A stretch of DNA of 64,000 bases, taken from an uncultured Luminiphilus sp. Its GTDB lineage: Bacteria; Pseudomonadota; Gammaproteobacteria; Pseudomonadales; Halieaceae. A program made the position numbers and the translations under genes. Below the pieces are notes generated by a model, which was not told the DNA's origin, searched no databases, and saw nothing but the letters and a program-made list of their open reading frames with translations. The stretch spans positions 28,177 to 92,176 of the forward strand of contig CAWUXF010000013.1 in NCBI GenBank assembly GCA_963926325.1, given 5' to 3'. This document shows, piece after piece, positions 41,355 through 52,382 of this stretch. Positions within the stretch are counted from its first letter, which is position 1. Every line of letters starts with the position of its first letter.

Positions 41355-41406
41355 TTACCGTCGCGGCTTATCTTCGCTGCTTACCGTCGCTGCTTACCGT
41401 CGCTGC
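41355..41406. repeat. 13-bp tandem repeat (4 copies, 2 perfect) spanning the ruvA stop codon
   Basis: TTACCGTCGCGGC / TTATCTTCGCTGC / TTACCGTCGCTGC / TTACCGTCGCTGC. Each unit starts with TTA (TAA on the coding strand). The last unit carries the real ruvA stop (41394-41396). Confidence 0.85.
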
Positions 41407-42017
41407 TTAGGTGCCGCAGATTTCAGCGCCGCTCGAATAAGCTCAGCGCTGGAACTCATTTCTGAAGTATCGACTGTCGCAACTAACTTCGCAGCCTCGG
41501 GTAACTTATAGCCCAGCGCCACCAAAGCCTGCTCGGCTTCGTCTCGCGCCGCATTGCCTGTGACCGGGCCGGCAGAGGTGGGGAATTCCGCGGTTGGCGA
41601 AAGCTCTTCAAGCCATTTACCCGCTTTGTCACGCATCTCGACTAACAAACGCTCGGCCGTTTTTTTGCCCACCCCCGGTAACGCTACCAAAGTACTAATA
41701 TCGTCCCGTTGAAGGCAACGCGCAAACTCCACGGCATCTAAGCCAGAAAGCAAGGTCAATGCCAATCGTGGTCCAACCCCACTAACTTTGATCAACTCAC
41801 GGAACAAGCGTCTATCCTGCTCCGCAAAAAATCCATACAGCTGCTGGGCATCTTCACGAACAACAAAATGCGTCAATAAAGAAACTTCCGCACCCAATTC
41901 TGGCAATTGAAATAGCGTGGTCATTGGAACCTGCAATTCGTATCCCACTCCGCCCACGTCAATCAGAATATCTGGAGGACGCTTGACCGCCAATATGCCT
42001 CGAATCCGACCAATCAT
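41394..42017 (-). CDS. ruvA: Holliday junction DNA helicase subunit RuvA
   Basis: The ATG at 42017 gives MIGRIRGIL..., the canonical RuvA N-terminus, and forms an ATGA overlap with the ruvC stop. The maximal ORF to 42098 would overlap ruvC. Confidence 0.95.
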   Translation of the reverse strand: MIGRIRGILAVKRPPDILIDVGGVGYELQVPMTTLFQLPELGAEVSLLTHFVVREDAQQLYGFFAEQDRRLFRELIKVSGVGPRLALTLLSGLDAVEFARCLQRDDISTLVALPGVGKKTAERLLVEMRDKAGKWLEELSPTAEFPTSAGPVTGNAARDEAEQALVALGYKLPEAAKLVATVDTSEMSSSAELIRAALKSAAPKQRR

Positions 42018-42544
42018 CGCCGTGTCTCCTGCCAGCGGCCGTGCCGCGTATGGCTTGCACCGGTGCCGCTCATTGTTTGCTGAGTATGCCCATGGCACAG
42101 CGCAGCGGCTAGCGCATCGGCTGCATCTTCTTTGGGTGCCGCTGGCAACTGTAGTAACACTTTAACCATATGCTGGACCTGCGCTTTTTGCGCGCCACCA
42201 GTACCAACAACCGCCTGTTTTATCTGACGAGCCGAGTATTCATGGACGCTCAAACCACGATGCACACAGGCAACCATCGCCGCCCCTCGCGCTTGCCCCA
42301 GCTTTAGGGCTGCATCGGCACTGTGCGCCATAAATACCTGCTCGATCGATAGCTCGTCTGGAGAGAATTCGTCAATGAGTTGATTAAGCGCAGTAAACAA
42401 TACGCCAAGCCGCGGCGCCAATGGCTGATCGACCGGCAAGCGAATGATGCCGCTCGTCATGTAACGAGACTTACCGCGCTGAAAATCTATCACGCCAAAG
42501 CCCGTCTTACGCGAACCCGGGTCAATCCCCAGAATCACTGCCAT
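42014..42544 (-). CDS. ruvC: Crossover junction endodeoxyribonuclease RuvC
   Basis: The ATG at 42544 gives MAVILGIDPGSRKTGFGV..., the canonical RuvC start with the catalytic Asp. The maximal ORF extends to 42601. Confidence 0.95.
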   Translation of the reverse strand: MAVILGIDPGSRKTGFGVIDFQRGKSRYMTSGIIRLPVDQPLAPRLGVLFTALNQLIDEFSPDELSIEQVFMAHSADAALKLGQARGAAMVACVHRGLSVHEYSARQIKQAVVGTGGAQKAQVQHMVKVLLQLPAAPKEDAADALAAALCHGHTQQTMSGTGASHTRHGRWQETRR

Positions 42545-42620
42545 GCCATTATCTCCCACTGTTAGCCCATTCTGACCGAATCCATCGCAGTCGTCATGCA
42601 CAATGGTGAATTAAGACGCA

Positions 42621-43364
42621 TTAAAGCTGCGCGAGCACGTCTTGGGTAATTTCAGCATTAGTAAAAACGTTTTGGACGTCATCTAGGTCGTCGAGCATAT
42701 CAATAAGCGCCATCAGAGACTCTGCACCGGCGACATCGAGCATCACGACGGTGCTTGCCACCATCGTCACCTCGCCCTGCTCGGGGATCAATTCGGCCGC
42801 GACCAAGGCGGCCTTCACTGCGCCAAAGTCCTCCCACGCCGTCGTCACATCAAGTCCACCGGCGTCATCCATGCTGACGTCCTCTGCACCCGCCTCCAGC
42901 GCCACGTCTAAAATGGCATCTTCATTGGCACCGGACGAAAAATTCATTACACCTTTGCGGGCAAACAAATAGGCAACGGAGCCATCGGTACCCAAGTTGC
43001 CTCCACGCTTAGTGAAGGCATGGCGTACATCAGCCACAGTACGATTACGATTATCCGTCATCACCTCGACCAAGACCGCCACACCGCCAGGGGCATAACC
43101 CTCATAGGTGAGCTCATCCATATTATCGGTATCGTTGCTGCCAGCACCGCGCGCAATAGCACGCTCAACGGTGTCGCGCGTCATATTGGATCCAAGCGCC
43201 TTATCGACAGCCGCACGCAAACGCGGATTGTCTTCAACCGCGCCGCCACCCTGTTTGGCAGCGACCATTAGCTCTCGAATTAACTTGGTGAATAGCTTGC
43301 CGCGTTTGGCATCTTGCGCCGCTTTGCGGTGCTTGATATTCGCCCATTTACTATGACCTGCCAT
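42621..43364 (-). CDS. yebC: YebC/PmpR family DNA-binding transcriptional regulator
   Basis: 247 aa starting [23 protein letters not shown]. Positioned upstream of ruvC as in E. coli and Pseudomonas. Confidence 0.95.
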   Translation of the reverse strand: MAGHSKWANIKHRKAAQDAKRGKLFTKLIRELMVAAKQGGGAVEDNPRLRAAVDKALGSNMTRDTVERAIARGAGSNDTDNMDELTYEGYAPGGVAVLVEVMTDNRNRTVADVRHAFTKRGGNLGTDGSVAYLFARKGVMNFSSGANEDAILDVALEAGAEDVSMDDAGGLDVTTAWEDFGAVKAALVAAELIPEQGEVTMVASTVVMLDVAGAESLMALIDMLDDLDDVQNVFTNAEITQDVLAQL

Positions 43365-43382
43365 CCCGTATGCAACCTAGCG

Positions 43383-45173
43383 CTATTCTGTGGACGCCGC
43401 CTCAATTTTACGCAGGCGAATATTTAACTCTTTGAGCTGCGCATCAGAAACAGCACCCGGTGCATCAGTCATTACACAATGCGCAGACTGCGTTTTAGGG
43501 AATGCGATGACATCCCGAATAGAATGGCCGCCCACCATCAACGTCACTAGTCGGTCTAAGCCGAACGCAAGACCGCCGTGGGGTGGCGCGCCGTGGCGCA
43601 GTGCAGACAGCAAGAAACCGAACTTTTCTTCCTGCTCAGCACTGTCAATTCCAAGAATATCGAATACTGCCGTCTGCATGGACTGGTCACAAATTCGAAT
43701 GCTACCACCACCGACTTCGCTGCCGTTAAGCACCATGTCGTAAGCCCGAGAAATCGCCGAAGCAGGATCTTTTTGCAGGGTAGCTACGTCACAAGCCGGC
43801 GCAGTGAATGGATGGTGCAGCGGTGTTAAGCCACCTTTGCCGTTATCCTCAAACATAGGGAAATCAACAATCCAGAGTGGCGCCCAGCCGTCGCGTACCA
43901 AGCCAAGGTCTTGCGCCACATGTAAACGCAGAGCACCGAGTGCCTCATTTACAATATGACGCTTGTCGGCACCGAAGAAAATAATATCGCCGTCGGCGGC
44001 GCCCAACCGATCAAGTAGCGCATAAATAACGTCGTCGGGCATGAACTTTAAGATTGGCGACTGCAAGCCCTCGATACCCGCAGCACGATCATTGACCTTG
44101 ACCCATGCCAAGCCCTTAGCACCATAGATACTGACAAATTTAGTGTAATCATCAATTTCTTTACGACTGAGCTTGCCTCCACCGGGTACAAGCAACGCTG
44201 CAACACGACCATTGGGGTCATCGGCAGGGCCGCGGAAAACTTTAAACTCCACAGCGCGCATCAAATCATCTATCGACGTTAACTCAAGATCAATTCGAAG
44301 GTCTGGCTTATCTGAACCGAAGCGCTCCATGGCTTCATGCCAGGTCATGTGCGGAAAAGTCGGCAGCGTATCACCAGCATGGCTTTCAACCACCTTACGA
44401 ACCATGCGCTCCGCGATATCCATAATGTCATTCTCTTCCAAGAACGACGCTTCAATATCAATTTGCGTGAATTCGGGCTGACGATCGGCGCGCAAATCTT
44501 CATCTCGGAAACAGCGTGCAATTTGATAATAACGATCAAAACCAGACACCATCAACAATTGTTTGAACAATTGTGGCGACTGCGGCAGTGCAAAAAATTC
44601 ACCCGGATGCGTGCGGCTTGGCACAAGATAATCTCGGGCGCCCTCAGGGGTTGCTCGAGTGAGGATGGGGGTTTCAATATCTAGGAAACCTTCGTTTTCT
44701 AGAAACGAACGTATGACATACGTAATTTTTGAGCGGGCGATCAAATTGGCCTGCATCTCGGGTCGTCGCAGATCCATATACCGGTATTTCAGACGAACTT
44801 CTTCACCAACACTAATGTGTTCATCTAACTGAAACGGCGGTGTAGCGGCCTCATTCAGAATTTCAAGTGTCTTACCCAAGATCTCAATTTTACCCGTCGC
44901 CATAGTGGGATTAACCGTCTCAGGCGTTCGCGCACGAACTCGGCCAGTGATTTTTAGCACATATTCGCTACGAACTTTATCGGCAAGCGCAAAGTGCTCC
45001 TCGGTATCTGGATCAAAAACCACTTGAACAATACCCTCACGGTCGCGCATATCGAGAAATATCACCCCGCCGTGGTCGCGGCGCCGGTCAACCCAGCCGC
45101 AAAGTGTCACTGTTTGGTCAATATGGGCGTCGTTAATCGAGCCGCAATAATCGGTGCGCATGGTGTTATCCAT
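43383..45173 (-). CDS. aspS: Aspartate--tRNA ligase
   Basis: 596 aa class II aaRS (...MRTDYCGSI...[34 protein letters not shown]...). The ATG at 45161 (MRTDYCG) would match the E. coli start exactly and is an alternative. Confidence 0.97.
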   Translation of the reverse strand: MDNTMRTDYCGSINDAHIDQTVTLCGWVDRRRDHGGVIFLDMRDREGIVQVVFDPDTEEHFALADKVRSEYVLKITGRVRARTPETVNPTMATGKIEILGKTLEILNEAATPPFQLDEHISVGEEVRLKYRYMDLRRPEMQANLIARSKITYVIRSFLENEGFLDIETPILTRATPEGARDYLVPSRTHPGEFFALPQSPQLFKQLLMVSGFDRYYQIARCFRDEDLRADRQPEFTQIDIEASFLEENDIMDIAERMVRKVVESHAGDTLPTFPHMTWHEAMERFGSDKPDLRIDLELTSIDDLMRAVEFKVFRGPADDPNGRVAALLVPGGGKLSRKEIDDYTKFVSIYGAKGLAWVKVNDRAAGIEGLQSPILKFMPDDVIYALLDRLGAADGDIIFFGADKRHIVNEALGALRLHVAQDLGLVRDGWAPLWIVDFPMFEDNGKGGLTPLHHPFTAPACDVATLQKDPASAISRAYDMVLNGSEVGGGSIRICDQSMQTAVFDILGIDSAEQEEKFGFLLSALRHGAPPHGGLAFGLDRLVTLMVGGHSIRDVIAFPKTQSAHCVMTDAPGAVSDAQLKELNIRLRKIEAASTE

Positions 45174-45212
45174 TGTCGATGGTTTTAATGCTGAAATCGG
45201 TACAAATACCTA

Positions 45213-45506
45213 TCAGCTGTTGTCTGTCTTTTTAGCAGCACTTGAATCGGCAGAGCTGTCGCCCGCAAGCTTTTTACCAGCACTTGAATCGGCAGAGCTC
45301 TCGCCCGCAAGATTCTTTTTCTTACCTGTTTTAAAGTCAGTTTCGTACCAGCCACCACCCTTCAATCGAAATGCGGGCGCGCTTACTTTTTTACGCAAAG
45401 CAGGCTTACCACACTCAGGGCAATCTACCAGCGGCGCATCAGCCAGCTTCTGAATGGCTTCTAGGCTGTGCTGACAATCAACACATTGATAATCGTAAAT
45501 TGGCAC
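45213..45506 (-). CDS. FmdB/CxxC_CxxC_SSSS family zinc-ribbon protein
   Basis: The GTG at 45506 gives (M)PIYDYQCVDCQHSLE...CPECG, the canonical family start. The tail is low-complexity with a 14-aa duplication. Confidence 0.8.
   Translation of the reverse strand: MPIYDYQCVDCQHSLEAIQKLADAPLVDCPECGKPALRKKVSAPAFRLKGGGWYETDFKTGKKKNLAGESSADSSAGKKLAGDSSADSSAAKKTDNS
45236..45311. repeat. 42-bp-period direct duplication inside the FmdB-like gene
   Basis: CAGCACTTGAATCGGCAGAGCT(G/C)TCGCCCGCAAG occurs at 45236-45269 and 45278-45311, differing at one position. Confidence 0.9.
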
Positions 45507-45664
45507 AATAAAATCCCCCCCCAAAATCCCTGAACTTACAGTCTGGAAATCAGGTCGCGTAAAGATAAAAATAAAGGTGCCGAATGTACCTTAATATGCG
45601 CTGAGATTAAAGCTAATAACGCGGCCACCCAATAGCGGAGTAGTGTTTAGGCGGGTATCTAATG

Positions 45665-45697
45665 AAAAAAGCTGACCACCTCGATGATCAGCTTTTT
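45665..45697 (-). terminator. Rho-independent terminator after the HU-like gene
   Basis: The minus-strand RNA reads GCUGAUC-AUCGAGGU-GGUCAGC (7-bp stem with one G-U pair), followed by UUUUUU. It lies directly downstream of the stop at 45703. Confidence 0.6.
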
Positions 45698-45702
45698 CTC
45701 AC

Positions 45703-46170
45703 TCAGGAATTCGCAAATTCCTTAACTTTCTTGAGCGGACGAACTTTCACTGCAATGCTCGCAGGCTTCGCTTTAAATGTTGTCGCCTCACCGGTAAAGG
45801 GGTTGGTTCCTTTTCGGGCCTTAACTGCAGGCTTCCGAACGGTGATAATTTTCATCAAGCCTGGAATGGTGAACTCGCCTACCGCGCGCTTCTTAATGCT
45901 GCCTTCAATGAGCTTTTCGAGCTCACCCATGACATCGCCAACTTGCTTCTTTGTCAAACCGGTATTATCGGCAATAGAGCCAACGATTTGAGTTTTAGTC
46001 AGCTTTTCAGAAATAGCCTTAACTTTAGCTGGCGCTTTCGCCGCTGGCGCTGCTTTTGCCGCTACTTTCTTAGCCGGCGCTTTTTTGGCCACTACTTTCT
46101 TAGCCGGCGCCTTTTTGGCTGCTACTTTCTTAGCCGGTGCTTTCTTCACTGCTGCTTTTTTAGTTGCCAT
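45703..46170 (-). CDS. HU-family DNA-binding protein with an N-terminal histone H1-like Lys/Ala-rich extension
   Basis: 155 aa. The C-terminal ~95 aa form an HU/IHF fold (...RKGTNPFTGEATTFKAKP...). The N-terminal ~55 aa are (KKAPAKKVAA)n repeats. Confidence 0.85.
   Translation of the reverse strand: MATKKAAVKKAPAKKVAAKKAPAKKVVAKKAPAKKVAAKAAPAAKAPAKVKAISEKLTKTQIVGSIADNTGLTKKQVGDVMGELEKLIEGSIKKRAVGEFTIPGLMKIITVRKPAVKARKGTNPFTGEATTFKAKPASIAVKVRPLKKVKEFANS
46061..46150. repeat. 3 x 30-bp tandem repeat encoding the Lys/Ala tail of the HU-like protein
   Basis: The units are GCTACTTTCTTAGCCGGCGCTTTTTTGGCC / ACTACTTTCTTAGCCGGCGCCTTTTTGGCT / GCTACTTTCTTAGCCGGTGCTTTCTTCACT. Confidence 0.9.
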
Positions 46171-46421
46171 GGATTATTTCACCTTTTATTAGTTTGGAAC
46201 GGAGACTCGACGACCGCCGAAAAAACACTTAGAACCACCTTTTCCTGCAGTCACACTGATTAAAGAACAGCAAAACCTTTAAAACAAGGGGCTAAAATCA
46301 ATTTAAACGTAAAATACGGGTTTTTTAGCGTTTACGCTGACTTTAGGCTAATTATTTTATCCTGCTAGCAGACACGCGCCGCCACCATTAGAATAGAAAA
46401 CCTTTTATCCTGGAGTCACCC

Positions 46422-48134
46422 ATGCGCGCTTCTCAGTTTCTGCTTTCAACGCTCAAAGAGACACCCGCCGACGCTGAAGTCATTAGCCATCAGCTCATGC
46501 TGCGCGCAGGCCTGATCCGTCGAATCGCAGCCGGTATTTACACATGGATGCCGCTCGGTCTTCGGGTATTGCGCCGCGTTGAAAATGTCGTGCGCGAAGA
46601 AATGAATCGCGCCGGCGGAATAGAACTGAGTATGCCGGTCGTTCAACCCGCAGAGCTTTGGCAGGAATCTGGACGATGGGAGCAATACGGCCCCGAGCTC
46701 GCGCGACTTCAAGACCGACATCAACGCGACTTTTGCCTCGGGCCCACCCATGAAGAAATTATTACCTTCATCGCCCGCAGTGAAATTAAAAGCTATAAGC
46801 AGCTGCCTTTAAATTTTTATCAAATTCAAACCAAATTTCGTGATGAAATTCGTCCACGCTTTGGCGTAATGCGATCCCGCGAATTCATCATGAAGGACGC
46901 CTACTCTTTCCATATCGATCAAGCCTCGCAAGCGGCAACCTATTGGCGAATGCATGAGGCTTACACCGCTATTTTTACTCGGCTAGGTCTCAACTTTCGG
47001 CCGGTTGAAGCGGACACTGGGTCAATTGGCGGGAGTCATTCACATGAATTCCATGTGCTCGCCGAGTCGGGTGAAGACGATATTGCATTTTCTACAAGCA
47101 GCGACTTTGCTGCAAACATTGAACTTGCTGCCGCATTACCTCCAGTGCAAACGCGCCCCGCGCCGCAAGCTGCACTTGAGAAATTTGCCACACCGAAGCT
47201 AACCACGATTGACGCTCTGATCGCTGCGGGCCACGGGCCAATTGAGCAAACAGTCAAAACCCTATTCGTCATGACTGACGAAGGACAATTAGCGGCGCTG
47301 GTTTTACGCGGCGATCACAGGCTCAACGAGATCAAGGCTGAAAAAATACCCGGCCTGCAAACACCGCTCACAATGGCCGATGAAAAAGCGGTTATAGCGT
47401 CTATTGGCGCAGGGTTTGGCTCTTTGGGGCCAGCCGGCCTATCTGTACGGGTCATCGTTGATCATGCAGCATCAGCGCTGGCAGACTTTATATGTGGCGC
47501 CAATGAAGACGGCTTTCACCTCCGCGGTGTCAACTGGGAGCGCGATACAAATGCCATTGAACTCGCGGACCTTCGCGACGTTGTCGCGGGCGACCCCAGC
47601 CCTTGCGGTAATGGCATACTAGAAATACGACGTGGCATAGAGGTGGGACATATATTCCAGCTAGGCACTAAATATAGCGAGGCTATGGGTGCCTCGGTAT
47701 TAGATGAGAATGGCAAGACTGTGCCAATGGCAATGGGCTGCTATGGCATCGGTGTTACGCGGATTGTGGCGGCAGCAATCGAGCAAAACTGGGATGAAAA
47801 CGGCATTATTTGGCCTGCCGCAATGGCGCCTTTTTCGGTCGCGCTAGTACCGCTAAATATGGCTAAATCAGTTGCCGTCGCCGAGGCAACCGAAGCACTG
47901 TATCAGCAGTGTCAGGCACAGGGCATCGATGTTTTCATGGACGATCGCAACGAGCGCCCAGGTGTGAAGTTTGCTGAAATGGAGCTCATCGGCATCCCTG
48001 TCCGTGTCACTATCGGAGATCGATCACTAGCCGATGGGCAGGTAGAAATTCAAACTCGTCGCGACGGGGAATCGTTACGCATAGATCTCGACAATGCACT
48101 CGCACATATTACCGGGCTACTCTCTGGCAGTTAA
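46422..48134 (+). CDS. proS: Proline--tRNA ligase (bacterial type with INS editing domain)
   Basis: 570 aa starting [30 protein letters not shown], with class II motifs throughout. Confidence 0.98.
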   Translation: MRASQFLLSTLKETPADAEVISHQLMLRAGLIRRIAAGIYTWMPLGLRVLRRVENVVREEMNRAGGIELSMPVVQPAELWQESGRWEQYGPELARLQDRHQRDFCLGPTHEEIITFIARSEIKSYKQLPLNFYQIQTKFRDEIRPRFGVMRSREFIMKDAYSFHIDQASQAATYWRMHEAYTAIFTRLGLNFRPVEADTGSIGGSHSHEFHVLAESGEDDIAFSTSSDFAANIELAAALPPVQTRPAPQAALEKFATPKLTTIDALIAAGHGPIEQTVKTLFVMTDEGQLAALVLRGDHRLNEIKAEKIPGLQTPLTMADEKAVIASIGAGFGSLGPAGLSVRVIVDHAASALADFICGANEDGFHLRGVNWERDTNAIELADLRDVVAGDPSPCGNGILEIRRGIEVGHIFQLGTKYSEAMGASVLDENGKTVPMAMGCYGIGVTRIVAAAIEQNWDENGIIWPAAMAPFSVALVPLNMAKSVAVAEATEALYQQCQAQGIDVFMDDRNERPGVKFAEMELIGIPVRVTIGDRSLADGQVEIQTRRDGESLRIDLDNALAHITGLLSGS

Positions 48135-48137
48135 TTC

Positions 48138-48773
48138 ATGCGTCGCAGAATCGCGGTAACAGAACTCAAACTACATGCGGAAAATACCCTACGCATTGTG
48201 GCAATCGCCCTCACGATTGTCGCAATACTATTTAACGTGCCGGTGGCAGTTGCGGCAACACGGCCTGATCTTGAGCAGCTACGGCAGTTTCTCGAGGCCA
48301 CCGTAAATGACGCTGACAGCTTTGATGATCGCTACGATGCAGAAGTCTGGTTACTCGACATGCAAACGCGCCTACAACCACTGATGCGCGACCCCAGCGA
48401 AAGGCTTGCGTTGCTGCGCAACGTGCACGCTATTTCTGCAGAAAGTGATCTCTCACCAGAACTAGTGCTGGCGGTGATTGAGGTAGAGAGCAGTTTTGAT
48501 CGGTATGCAGTCTCTACAGCGGGCGCGCAAGGCTACATGCAAATCATGCCCTTCTGGAGACGAGAAATAGGCCGGCCCGATGACAATCTCACACAAACCC
48601 GTACCAATCTGAGTTACGGCTGTCGAATTCTGCAATATTATCTCGATCGCGAAAAGGGCGACTTAAGGCGAGCGTTAGCAGCCTACAATGGCTCGTTGGG
48701 CTCGAGCCAGTACAGCGATAAAGTTTATAAGGCTTGGTCCCAGCGCTGGCGTACTGCACCGCTTGAGTGGTAA
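48138..48773 (+). CDS. Lytic transglycosylase (SLT domain) protein
   Basis: 211 aa with an N-terminal hydrophobic anchor and the catalytic Glu motif VIEVESSFDRYAVSTAGAQGYMQIMP. Confidence 0.85.
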   Translation: MRRRIAVTELKLHAENTLRIVAIALTIVAILFNVPVAVAATRPDLEQLRQFLEATVNDADSFDDRYDAEVWLLDMQTRLQPLMRDPSERLALLRNVHAISAESDLSPELVLAVIEVESSFDRYAVSTAGAQGYMQIMPFWRREIGRPDDNLTQTRTNLSYGCRILQYYLDREKGDLRRALAAYNGSLGSSQYSDKVYKAWSQRWRTAPLEW

Positions 48774-48853
48774 GCCACCTCCCCAAAAGGGGGCATTGCC
48801 AGCGGCCCATTAGCCCTCCAGAATAGCAGCCTAATCAATTACTTGGTTTCGTA

Positions 48854-50206
48854 ATGCCGTCGTCTAAATACCCAGAAATAAAACGCTTTCTTGAGGCCTA
48901 TAGCTCGGTAACTATGATCGAGGCACTGATAACCGATTGCAACGGCATTGCGCGCGGTAAGCTCGTGCCCTCAGCAAAACTTCGCAGCACATTTGAGCCC
49001 GGCTTAAAAATGCCTAAATCTGCCTTGGCCCTCGACATTTGGGGAAGGGACGTTAAAGAACTGGCGTTAGAAAATGGCGATATAGATGGCTACTGTCTTG
49101 CCATACCGAGCTCACTGACGCCGCTACTGACACCCAATGGTATCGATTCGGCGCAAGTCATTATGACCATGCACGACAGCGATGGGCAGCCCTTTATGGG
49201 GGATCCACGGCAGGTATTACAAGTTATTGTTGACCGCTTTAAGGCCTTAGGCCTGCGCCCATGTGTCGCAGCAGAGCTGGAGTTCAGCCTTTTAGTCGAT
49301 CCGGGTCACGACAGACCAATCAGCGATGCGGTGTCCGTAAAGGATGATGTAGGCGGCAATCTTTACGCTTTAGATGCGCTAGACCAGCACCAGCAAATGC
49401 TCGATGAATTGCGTGCCTGCTTCGAGGTCCAAGGTTTGCCCTATGAAGGCATCATCAAAGAATATGCGCCAGCGCAATACGAAATCAATATGGCTCACAG
49501 CGCCGACACCATGGCATTGACCGACCACATAATCCAAATGCAGCGCAGCATTTTCACCACAGCGGCTCGCCACGGGCTAATCGCGAGTTTCATGCCCAAG
49601 CCGATGAGCGATGTCCCAGGTAACGGTATGCACGTGCACTGCAGCTTATTAGATGAACACGACAATAATGTATTTAGCGATGGTACGGCGCTAGGTAGCC
49701 CCCTGCTAAACAAAGCTATTGCGGGCTGTATAAAGTTACTGCCCGAAAGCATGCTGATGTTTGCCCCAAGCTTTAATGCCTATCGCCGCTTCCAGCCGGG
49801 CAACCATGCCCCCACATTTCCTGCATGGGGCTACGACAATCGTACAACGGCACTCCGCATTCCGGAGGGACCAGTCAATGCTATCCGCATTGAACACCGC
49901 GTTGCCGGCGCCGACGCAAATCCGTATTTAGCGATTGCAGCGGTGCTGATGGGTATACTTTACGGGATTGACAATAACTTAGAGGCGCCCCCAGCCATTG
50001 AGGGAAATGCTTATGAGCAGGAACCAGAAGAGCCGGTATTGCCGACGCTAATGGGGGATGCGATCAAGCGATTCAAACGATCTACCACCATTGGTGAGTA
50101 TATGAGCCCAGAGTTTCAGCGTATGTACTGTCTTGTAAAACAGCAGGAGTTAGACGAGTTCAACCACCGCGTAACCGAGTTTGAACTCGAGACCTACCTG
50201 CGCTAG
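48854..50206 (+). CDS. Glutamine synthetase family protein (gamma-glutamyl-amine synthetase, PuuA/GlnT-like)
   Basis: 450 aa with GS catalytic-domain motifs (...AAELEFSL..., ...GNGMHVHCSL..., ...NAYRRF..., ...ALRIP...RIEHRVAGADANPYL). Confidence 0.88.
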   Translation: MPSSKYPEIKRFLEAYSSVTMIEALITDCNGIARGKLVPSAKLRSTFEPGLKMPKSALALDIWGRDVKELALENGDIDGYCLAIPSSLTPLLTPNGIDSAQVIMTMHDSDGQPFMGDPRQVLQVIVDRFKALGLRPCVAAELEFSLLVDPGHDRPISDAVSVKDDVGGNLYALDALDQHQQMLDELRACFEVQGLPYEGIIKEYAPAQYEINMAHSADTMALTDHIIQMQRSIFTTAARHGLIASFMPKPMSDVPGNGMHVHCSLLDEHDNNVFSDGTALGSPLLNKAIAGCIKLLPESMLMFAPSFNAYRRFQPGNHAPTFPAWGYDNRTTALRIPEGPVNAIRIEHRVAGADANPYLAIAAVLMGILYGIDNNLEAPPAIEGNAYEQEPEEPVLPTLMGDAIKRFKRSTTIGEYMSPEFQRMYCLVKQQELDEFNHRVTEFELETYLR

Positions 50207-50316
50207 ATCTTAATCATTTAATTAGGTAATCAATCGTAGAAACTTGCTTTCATAATGACGGGCATTTAGTTTGCAGTCATACAGTAGGTTAAGCTGCGAA
50301 TCTCAGGGGATATCTT

Positions 50317-50796
50317 ATGAATAGCATTTACGATTTTTCAGCCGACAAAGCCGACGGCACCAATGTTGCACTCAGCGACTATCGCGATCGTGTTTTGTTA
50401 ATAGTAAACACCGCCTCGAAATGCGGATTTACGCCGCAATACGATGGGCTCGAAGCACTACAAGCGCAATACCACGAACGTGGTTTTGATGTCCTCGCGT
50501 TCCCCTGCAACCAGTTTGGGGGACAAGAGCCGGGTAGCGAATCAGAAATCGTAGAGTTTTGTAGTCTGCGCTTTAATACGAGCTTTCCGATTTTTGCCAA
50601 AATAGAAGTGAATGGTGCCAACGAACACCCCCTCTATAATCATCTAAAGAACTCAGCTACAGGGGTCTTGGGCACCAAATCGATCAAATGGAATTTTACT
50701 AAGTTTCTCATCAATCGCGACGGTGAAGTTATCGCACGCTATGGCTCAAAGACCAAGCCTGAGGCCATTAGTAAAGATATAGAAAACCTAATTTAG
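50317..50796 (+). CDS. Glutathione peroxidase (Cys type)
   Basis: 159 aa with the NTASKCGFT, FPCNQFG and WNFTKFL signature motifs. Confidence 0.93.
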   Translation: MNSIYDFSADKADGTNVALSDYRDRVLLIVNTASKCGFTPQYDGLEALQAQYHERGFDVLAFPCNQFGGQEPGSESEIVEFCSLRFNTSFPIFAKIEVNGANEHPLYNHLKNSATGVLGTKSIKWNFTKFLINRDGEVIARYGSKTKPEAISKDIENLI

Positions 50797-50801
50797 CGCG
50801 C

Positions 50802-52382
50802 TTAGTGCTCCCGAGTTGCTCGGAAGCGAACATCCGGCCAACGCTCTTCCATCAGCGCCAGATTGACTCGGGTGGGTGCCAAATAGGTTAAAACGCCACC
50901 GCCATCTTCCGATAAATTATCAGAGGCTTTTTTACGGAGCTCTTCAATTTTGCGCGGGTCATCCGCTTCGATCCAACGAGCAGTATGAATATTAACTGGC
51001 TCATAAATCGCCTCAACCTTATATTCATCTTTTAATCGATAGGCCACCACATCAAACTGTAATTGGCCAACAGCGCCGACGATTAAGTCGCTGTTATTTA
51101 AAGGCGAAAAGACCTGTGTGGAGCCCTCTTCTGAAAGCTGTTGTAGACCTTTCTGCAGCGCCTTTAATTTCATCGGATCCCGCAGTCGAATACGCCGAAA
51201 CAACTCAGGTGCAAAGTGCGGAATGCCGGTGTAACGGATATCCTCACCAGCGGTGAAAGTGTCGCCTATTTGGATCGTGCCATGGTTGTGCAAACCAATG
51301 ATATCGCCGGAAACCGCTTCCTCCACAAGTGAGCGCTCACCCGCCTTGAACGTCACCGCATCTGCAATTTTGACATCTTTGCCGGTACGCACGTGGCGTA
51401 TTTTCATGCCTTTTTCGTAACGCCCCGAACACAACCGTACAAAAGCGATTCTGTCCCGGTGCTTAGGATCCATGTTGGCCTGTATCTTGAAAACAAAGCC
51501 ACTAAAGGGGCTTTCAAAGGCACCAACCTCACGAGACGCCGTCATTCTTGGCAGGGGTTCTGGCGCCCATTTGACAAAGTCGTCGAGCATTTCACGCACA
51601 CCGAAATTACCAAGCGCGGTACCGAAAAAGACCGGCGTTAACCTGCCCAATAGAAACTGCTTCAGATCAAATGTGTGGCTCGCGCCGCGAACCAATTCAA
51701 TCTCGGCACAAAATGTCTCGTATTCATCACCGAGCAAGGTGCGCGCTTCATCCGAATCTAGGCCCTCGATGCGGCGATCGGGCGATAAAATGGAACCCGT
51801 GCCAGCGGTGAATAAGTGAAAGGTATCGGTGTAAAGGTTGTAAACACCCTTTAAAAAACTACCCATGCCCACTGGCCAATTAATTGGTGCGGCCTCTATT
51901 CCCAGCACTGATTCAATTTCATCAAGTAGGTCGATGGGATCTCGGATATCGCGGTCGAGCTTGTTTACAAAACTGACAATGGGTGTGTCCCGTAAACGAC
52001 AAACATTCATCAGCTTAATCGTTCGATTTTCAACCCCCTTTGCACCGTCAATCAACATTAACGCAGAGTCTACCGCGGTCAGAGTACGGTAAGTATCTTC
52101 GGAGAAGTCTTCGTGGCCTGGGGTGTCAAGCAGATTGACCGTGCGACCACGATAGGGGAACTGCATAACCGATGAGGTCACCGAGATGCCGCGTTCTTGC
52201 TCTAACGACATCCAATCCGATGTCGCATGGGGACCGCGCTTACCCTTGACCGAACCCGCGATCTGAATCGCACTGCCGAGCAGCAGCAACTTCTCTGTCA
52301 TGGTGGTCTTACCCGCATCCGGGTGAGAAATAATGGCAAAGGTACGTCGGGCGCTAATTTCCCGTGTAAGTTCTGTCGACAT
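50802..52382 (-). CDS. prfC: Peptide chain release factor 3
   Basis: 526 aa translational GTPase ([30 protein letters not shown]). Confidence 0.97.
   Translation of the reverse strand: MSTELTREISARRTFAIISHPDAGKTTMTEKLLLLGSAIQIAGSVKGKRGPHATSDWMSLEQERGISVTSSVMQFPYRGRTVNLLDTPGHEDFSEDTYRTLTAVDSALMLIDGAKGVENRTIKLMNVCRLRDTPIVSFVNKLDRDIRDPIDLLDEIESVLGIEAAPINWPVGMGSFLKGVYNLYTDTFHLFTAGTGSILSPDRRIEGLDSDEARTLLGDEYETFCAEIELVRGASHTFDLKQFLLGRLTPVFFGTALGNFGVREMLDDFVKWAPEPLPRMTASREVGAFESPFSGFVFKIQANMDPKHRDRIAFVRLCSGRYEKGMKIRHVRTGKDVKIADAVTFKAGERSLVEEAVSGDIIGLHNHGTIQIGDTFTAGEDIRYTGIPHFAPELFRRIRLRDPMKLKALQKGLQQLSEEGSTQVFSPLNNSDLIVGAVGQLQFDVVAYRLKDEYKVEAIYEPVNIHTARWIEADDPRKIEELRKKASDNLSEDGGGVLTYLAPTRVNLALMEERWPDVRFRATREH

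Noticed and set aside
41394-42601. N-terminally extended versions of ruvA (to 42098) and ruvC (to 42601). Similar extensions exist for rlmH (to 63701), pal (to 36590), the ACAD (to 21144), the HD protein (to 30409) and the dehydratase (from 55111).
   Set aside because: The extensions overlap the upstream gene or lack an SD. The internal starts reproduce canonical family N-termini and/or form ATGA or TAATG coupling overlaps.
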